Positions 60,027 to 64,000 of a stretch of 64,000 bases of DNA are shown here, one piece after another. The stretch is from an uncultured archaeon. GTDB taxonomy: Archaea; Asgardarchaeota; Thorarchaeia; Thorarchaeales; Thorarchaeaceae. Position numbers and translations under genes: made by a program. Below the pieces are notes generated by a model that did not search any database, was not told the DNA's origin, and saw nothing but the letters and a program-made list of their open reading frames with translations. How positions within the stretch are numbered: the first letter of the stretch is position 1; each line of letters begins with the position of its first letter. The stretch is taken from contig CAZLEV010000011.1 in the NCBI GenBank assembly GCA_964558645.1, forward strand, positions 34,072-98,071, written 5' to 3'.

Positions 60027-60467
60027 ATGTATCAGAATCCAGTTCCAACCGTGGATGCCATCATCTATCAAGACGGGAACATTGTACTCATCAGAAGAGG
60101 TCAAGAACCCTTCAAGGGAAAATGGGCCCTTCCGGGAGGATTCGTGGAGTATGGAGAAACAGTGGAGCAGGCGGCAATCAGAGAGATGAAAGAGGAAACC
60201 AGTCTAGGTGTAAGGCTCATTGGACTTCTGGGAGTATACAGCGCTCCAGACCGTGATCCACGAAAGCACACCATCTCAACAGTCTTTGTGGCCGAGCCCA
60301 TTCAAGGGGAACTCAAGGGAGGCGATGACGCCTCAGAAGCCGCTTGGTTCTCGCTAGAAACACTGGATCTGTCATCGCTGGCCTTTGACCACTCACAGAT
60401 AGTTCGCGATATGATTGCATGGACTGAAGACCACGGAACCTTCTGGTCCATCAAGCAGAGAGACTAG
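60027..60467 (+). CDS. NUDIX hydrolase (ADP-ribose pyrophosphatase-like)
   Basis: Nudix box GGFVEYGETVEQAAIREMKEETSL; RDPR, GDDA and LAFDH. Confidence 0.93.
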   Translation: MYQNPVPTVDAIIYQDGNIVLIRRGQEPFKGKWALPGGFVEYGETVEQAAIREMKEETSLGVRLIGLLGVYSAPDRDPRKHTISTVFVAEPIQGELKGGDDASEAAWFSLETLDLSSLAFDHSQIVRDMIAWTEDHGTFWSIKQRD

Positions 60468-60820
60468 AAGTCCAGTATCTCAAGCTTCTCAGTAAGACGA
60501 ATCACTGGGAGATGAACAATCATTGGTTCGGACTCGATGGTCTTTACGAAGCTCACAGACTCTTTCGGTCTGGACTTATAGGCCATGAAACTGCCTTCAG
60601 GTGGGCCATCTCCTTCTGTATACACCCAGAGAGGCAGGCCGTAATGCTCATAGTACCCGTGATTGGAGATCAATGTGCCATAGATGTGTTGGCCATTGTG
60701 CTCAAAATAAATCATACTTGCGGGGCGGTCACGTTGAGACCAGGAAACCAGCATTCTTGCAAGGTCAACCATACTTGAGATATGCATGTTCACAGGTGGG
60801 CGAAGGTCTTCTTTGCTCAT
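60464..60820 (-). CDS. Conserved archaeal hypothetical protein (resembles the so-called Cren protein)
   Basis: SMVDLAR...YGLPLWVY...LPVIRL pattern, recalled from TACK archaeal small proteins. Confidence 0.65.
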   Translation of the reverse strand: MSKEDLRPPVNMHISSMVDLARMLVSWSQRDRPASMIYFEHNGQHIYGTLISNHGYYEHYGLPLWVYTEGDGPPEGSFMAYKSRPKESVSFVKTIESEPMIVHLPVIRLTEKLEILDF

Positions 60821-60871
60821 CGGGTCACACCGTTGGCTCCTCTTTGCCTTTCCTGCTTATAAGCCATAGTA

Positions 60872-63073
60872 TCAGTATGATATGGTCTTTGCGAACCCTC
60901 GGACCGAATTGACCAGAGAGGACACTTGACCCTGCCTCTCAGCCGTCACCACGACAGAAACACATGTGCGTCCCTCGCTTGAACCGCCAGCCAGGCATGC
61001 CCGCATCGATTTGCCCGTGAAGCGAAGGAATGAAAGGTCATCTTGTTCTTTCATTGAATCGAATTTCAGTCCTGACGCCAGCAAGGCGACTATGACCCTC
61101 TTCATCACAGACATAGGTTCTGAGCCATCCTCACAGAAACTGATTTGGTCACGTTGAACCGCGTTGCTGTGGAAAAGGAATCGGTGGGACACACTTGAAT
61201 AGAGTACCTTTCGCATCATGGCTCTTTCGAGAAGACTCGGTGAAACATCACCAAAAGCGCGCGTCTTCACTTGGGACAAATCAATACCAGAGTCATCCAG
61301 TGAAACTTCGGGAGCTGCTACTTCGGTGACCTCGGTCTTGCTCGGCTCCTCAGCAAGAGGATGCCTTGGCGCAGGATCGTCGGTTATGGAATACTCTTGC
61401 TTCTGGCGACTGAATAGCACTTTCGCGTATTCACGAATCCACTCATCAAGCGCCTCCCAATCCTCACGGCTCATCTTCACCGGAGGCTTTGGTACCTCAG
61501 GAAGATAGTCCAGTTCACTCGCTTCATCACCGGGAGTTGAAGCGGACTCGGTTTCCTCCGCGGTATCTTCAGGCTCGTCCACCTCGAACGACTCCGAAGG
61601 CATCAGTTTTGCGGCTTCGAAGAGACTTGATAGTCTGTCCGTACCCCCATGTTTCGACAGTCGAGGGCGGACCTGCATCAGAAAGCCACGGCGATTCTCG
61701 GTAGTCTGGTCAAATGCTAGGGCAACACCACGAGGGAGACTACTGATGAAGGCCTTGTCGCGAAACACCTCAGGCATGACGGCGGGCGCTCGTTGTTGAA
61801 GTGCCTTGATGTCCCCATCATGTGACAGCGAATGAGAGAGGATTATGTCAGCCTGTGATATGGCATCATCGGACACTGCAGAGGGTTGTTGTGTACAGAG
61901 AACCAGACTGCAACCAAAACGACGACCCAGCTTGGCATAGCTGATGATTGCATCCTTTGCAGGCGTTGTTCCTGTTCTTGGTACGAGTGTGTGCGCCTCA
62001 TCAATAATCAGCCAGGTTGGAGGTAGCTCCTCCCGCGCACTTGTCCCCTCGTCAGTCCAAGCCATGCGATAGGTGAGAACCTGCCTGCAGAGAATGTTAG
62101 TAAGAATGGCCAAGACCGCCTCCGCATCTGATCCCAGTGGTGCTACGTCTACCACCGAGATCTGGCCGGGAATCGCCAAATCCTGAGCACTGGTTCCTCC
62201 GGGATTGAACACGCCGAGTCGATCGGCCTTTCGAAGACGTTGAATCAATGCAGTACGTGTTGAGGGTTTGTAGAGATCAATAAATGTCGGATTTGCTTCG
62301 ATGCACTGAATCATGTCGCGTATGCTGAAATCAGGCTCAGCTGAAACGTGGTCACCATCTTCTTGAGAGTATCCCTTCTTGAGACTATGGAGCACATCTC
62401 CAATCAGATTGTCCATCGTTGTTGACAACTGGCCGTCCTTCTCCAGAACGTAGCCCCAATCGGCCCCTGATAGCTCTGATGGACTGATTGAGAGTGGAAG
62501 CAACCTAGACTTCTTCTTTACCTCATCAGGAAGACCGGCGTAACTCCTCTTGGGGATGTATACTGAGATTGAAAAACCCCTTGCGTCTAAAGACCAGTTC
62601 TTGAGAAGATCCAACTGACCGGTATTGGGCTCCACCATCTGACGAAACACATCAACAGTGTCAATCAGAACAGCAGCCACCTGAATCTCACGTCGCTCCA
62701 TGGCCAGAGCGAGCTCTTCGGCAACGATGCCAAGTGTATAGCTTTTCCCCGAACCACGCTTTCCTGCTACAAACAGCACATGGGGACTTACAAGGTCGAG
62801 CCAGACAGGTGTGCCCAGCAGAGAAGTAAGAGGATCATCAGATGTTTCACTGACTGCGCCAATCATACCAAGTCCACTTGACTCATACCTGTTGTGAAAC
62901 GACTCCGAACGGCCCAGAATAACTCCGAGATCCGGATCGGTCAGGACCTCGAGGGGATCGGTCACAAGGGGATGGTAGTCCAGCACATCCTCTGATATGA
63001 GCTCAACAGGTTCCTTAGCCGTGGAGGGAACAGCCTCCTCCGTATTGTCGTGGTGATGCTGCGGGTCGGGCAT
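60872..63073 (-). CDS. HerA/VirB4-like P-loop ATPase (DUF87) with an acidic linker and C-terminal domain
   Basis: PH...V.GKRGSGKSYT, IIDEAH, GRRFG.SL..CTQQPS. Confidence 0.88.
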   Translation of the reverse strand: MPDPQHHHDNTEEAVPSTAKEPVELISEDVLDYHPLVTDPLEVLTDPDLGVILGRSESFHNRYESSGLGMIGAVSETSDDPLTSLLGTPVWLDLVSPHVLFVAGKRGSGKSYTLGIVAEELALAMERREIQVAAVLIDTVDVFRQMVEPNTGQLDLLKNWSLDARGFSISVYIPKRSYAGLPDEVKKKSRLLPLSISPSELSGADWGYVLEKDGQLSTTMDNLIGDVLHSLKKGYSQEDGDHVSAEPDFSIRDMIQCIEANPTFIDLYKPSTRTALIQRLRKADRLGVFNPGGTSAQDLAIPGQISVVDVAPLGSDAEAVLAILTNILCRQVLTYRMAWTDEGTSAREELPPTWLIIDEAHTLVPRTGTTPAKDAIISYAKLGRRFGCSLVLCTQQPSAVSDDAISQADIILSHSLSHDGDIKALQQRAPAVMPEVFRDKAFISSLPRGVALAFDQTTENRRGFLMQVRPRLSKHGGTDRLSSLFEAAKLMPSESFEVDEPEDTAEETESASTPGDEASELDYLPEVPKPPVKMSREDWEALDEWIREYAKVLFSRQKQEYSITDDPAPRHPLAEEPSKTEVTEVAAPEVSLDDSGIDLSQVKTRAFGDVSPSLLERAMMRKVLYSSVSHRFLFHSNAVQRDQISFCEDGSEPMSVMKRVIVALLASGLKFDSMKEQDDLSFLRFTGKSMRACLAGGSSEGRTCVSVVVTAERQGQVSSLVNSVRGFAKTISY

Positions 63074-63196
63074 GACGGTATCAGTTCAACTGATATTTCA
63101 ATCCCGATAAGTGTTTGTAGCTTCGCGCCTATTCGCTCAGTAACAGGATGAAGAGATTCGGTAAGACTCAAAACCATCATCTAGGAAGACCAAGAT

Positions 63197-63976
63197 ATGT
63201 CAGATGTGATTGAAGATGGATCGCTAGTATTCATCTTTCTAGATGCCAAGAGGAATTGGATAAGACGGGCTAAGCAAGGAGAAGAATTTCACTCGAACAA
63301 GGGTATCATTGAATACGATGACCTTATTGGACGGCCCTTCGGCATCAAGGTGCTGAGTCATCAAGGGAAGGAGTTCCAGATACACAGACCCAGTCAGACA
63401 GATGTCCAGATAGCGATGGGAAGAAACACGCAGATAATCTATCCAAAGGATGCAGGAACAATACTGATCGAGGCCCAGATCAATGCCGGTTCACGAGTTG
63501 TTGAATCGGGTACGGGATCAGGGGCACTGACAAGCATCCTCTCACGAGCAGTGGGAAAGAATGGGCACGTGTATACGTACGAGATTCGAGAGGATATGTA
63601 TAGGGGAGCAGAGAAGAACCTCACAAAGCACGGTCTGACTGAAAACATCAGGATGTACAATCAAGACATCGCAGAAGGTATAGAACAGTCAGACCTCGAT
63701 GCTGTCATTCTTGACCTAGCTACTCCGTGGGAGCTGGTCGACGAGGCACACAGAGCACTGAAGCCAAGCAGATATTTCGCAAGCTATAGCCCCACCATCG
63801 AACAGGTCATGAAGACCTGCAAGACCTTGGGGCAGAGCGGACAGTGGGGAATGATCAAGACGCTTGAGGTTCTGCAGCGCGAGATAATGGTGAGAGAAGG
63901 AAAGACACGGCCCCCTACCTGGATGGTCGGTCACACAGGGTATATGACGTTTGCACGAAACATGGCCGAGGAGTAG
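63197..63976 (+). CDS. trmI: tRNA (adenine57/58-N1)-methyltransferase
   Basis: TQIIYPKD, VVESGTGSGALT, LDLATPW, YSPTIEQ and HTGY motifs. Confidence 0.95.
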   Translation: MSDVIEDGSLVFIFLDAKRNWIRRAKQGEEFHSNKGIIEYDDLIGRPFGIKVLSHQGKEFQIHRPSQTDVQIAMGRNTQIIYPKDAGTILIEAQINAGSRVVESGTGSGALTSILSRAVGKNGHVYTYEIREDMYRGAEKNLTKHGLTENIRMYNQDIAEGIEQSDLDAVILDLATPWELVDEAHRALKPSRYFASYSPTIEQVMKTCKTLGQSGQWGMIKTLEVLQREIMVREGKTRPPTWMVGHTGYMTFARNMAEE

Positions 63977-64000
63977 TCCTGTGCGAAACCTTATATGCCA

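Noticed and set aside
1-64000. Mobile elements, integrases, defence systems, tRNA/rRNA genes
   Set aside because: No transposase, integrase or defence motifs, terminal repeats or stable-RNA signatures were recognised by eye; tRNAscan-SE and cmscan would be needed to exclude small RNAs.

Overview
Gene-dense window of about 50% GC, inferred to come from an Asgard archaeon (most like Thorarchaeota). The inference rests on archaeal promoters and TrmI, plus eukaryotic-signature proteins: a Rab-like GTPase, a longin + winged-helix NPRL2-like protein and 22-aa LRR proteins. Contents: a 5'-truncated giant DxDxDG-repeat membrane protein; TPR and LRR proteins; ABC exporters; several peptidases (PepF interrupted by an in-frame TAA, PepD, S8, S9, a HEXXH protease); a THF one-carbon cluster (fhs-folD-ftcD) near lipoate ligase; a form IV RuBisCO-like protein convergent with an FGGY kinase; a complete bshA/bshB/bshC bacillithiol-type cluster near glmM; pyrF, a HerA-like ATPase and trmI. 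The most striking observation is a small gene (52523-52933) encoding a coiled coil, a Pro/Ala linker and a C-terminal motif closely resembling the Ena/VASP F-actin-binding helix, a candidate archaeal actin regulator. I recognised no tRNA, rRNA, CRISPR array or mobile element. All family assignments come from motif recognition by eye, not from database searches.
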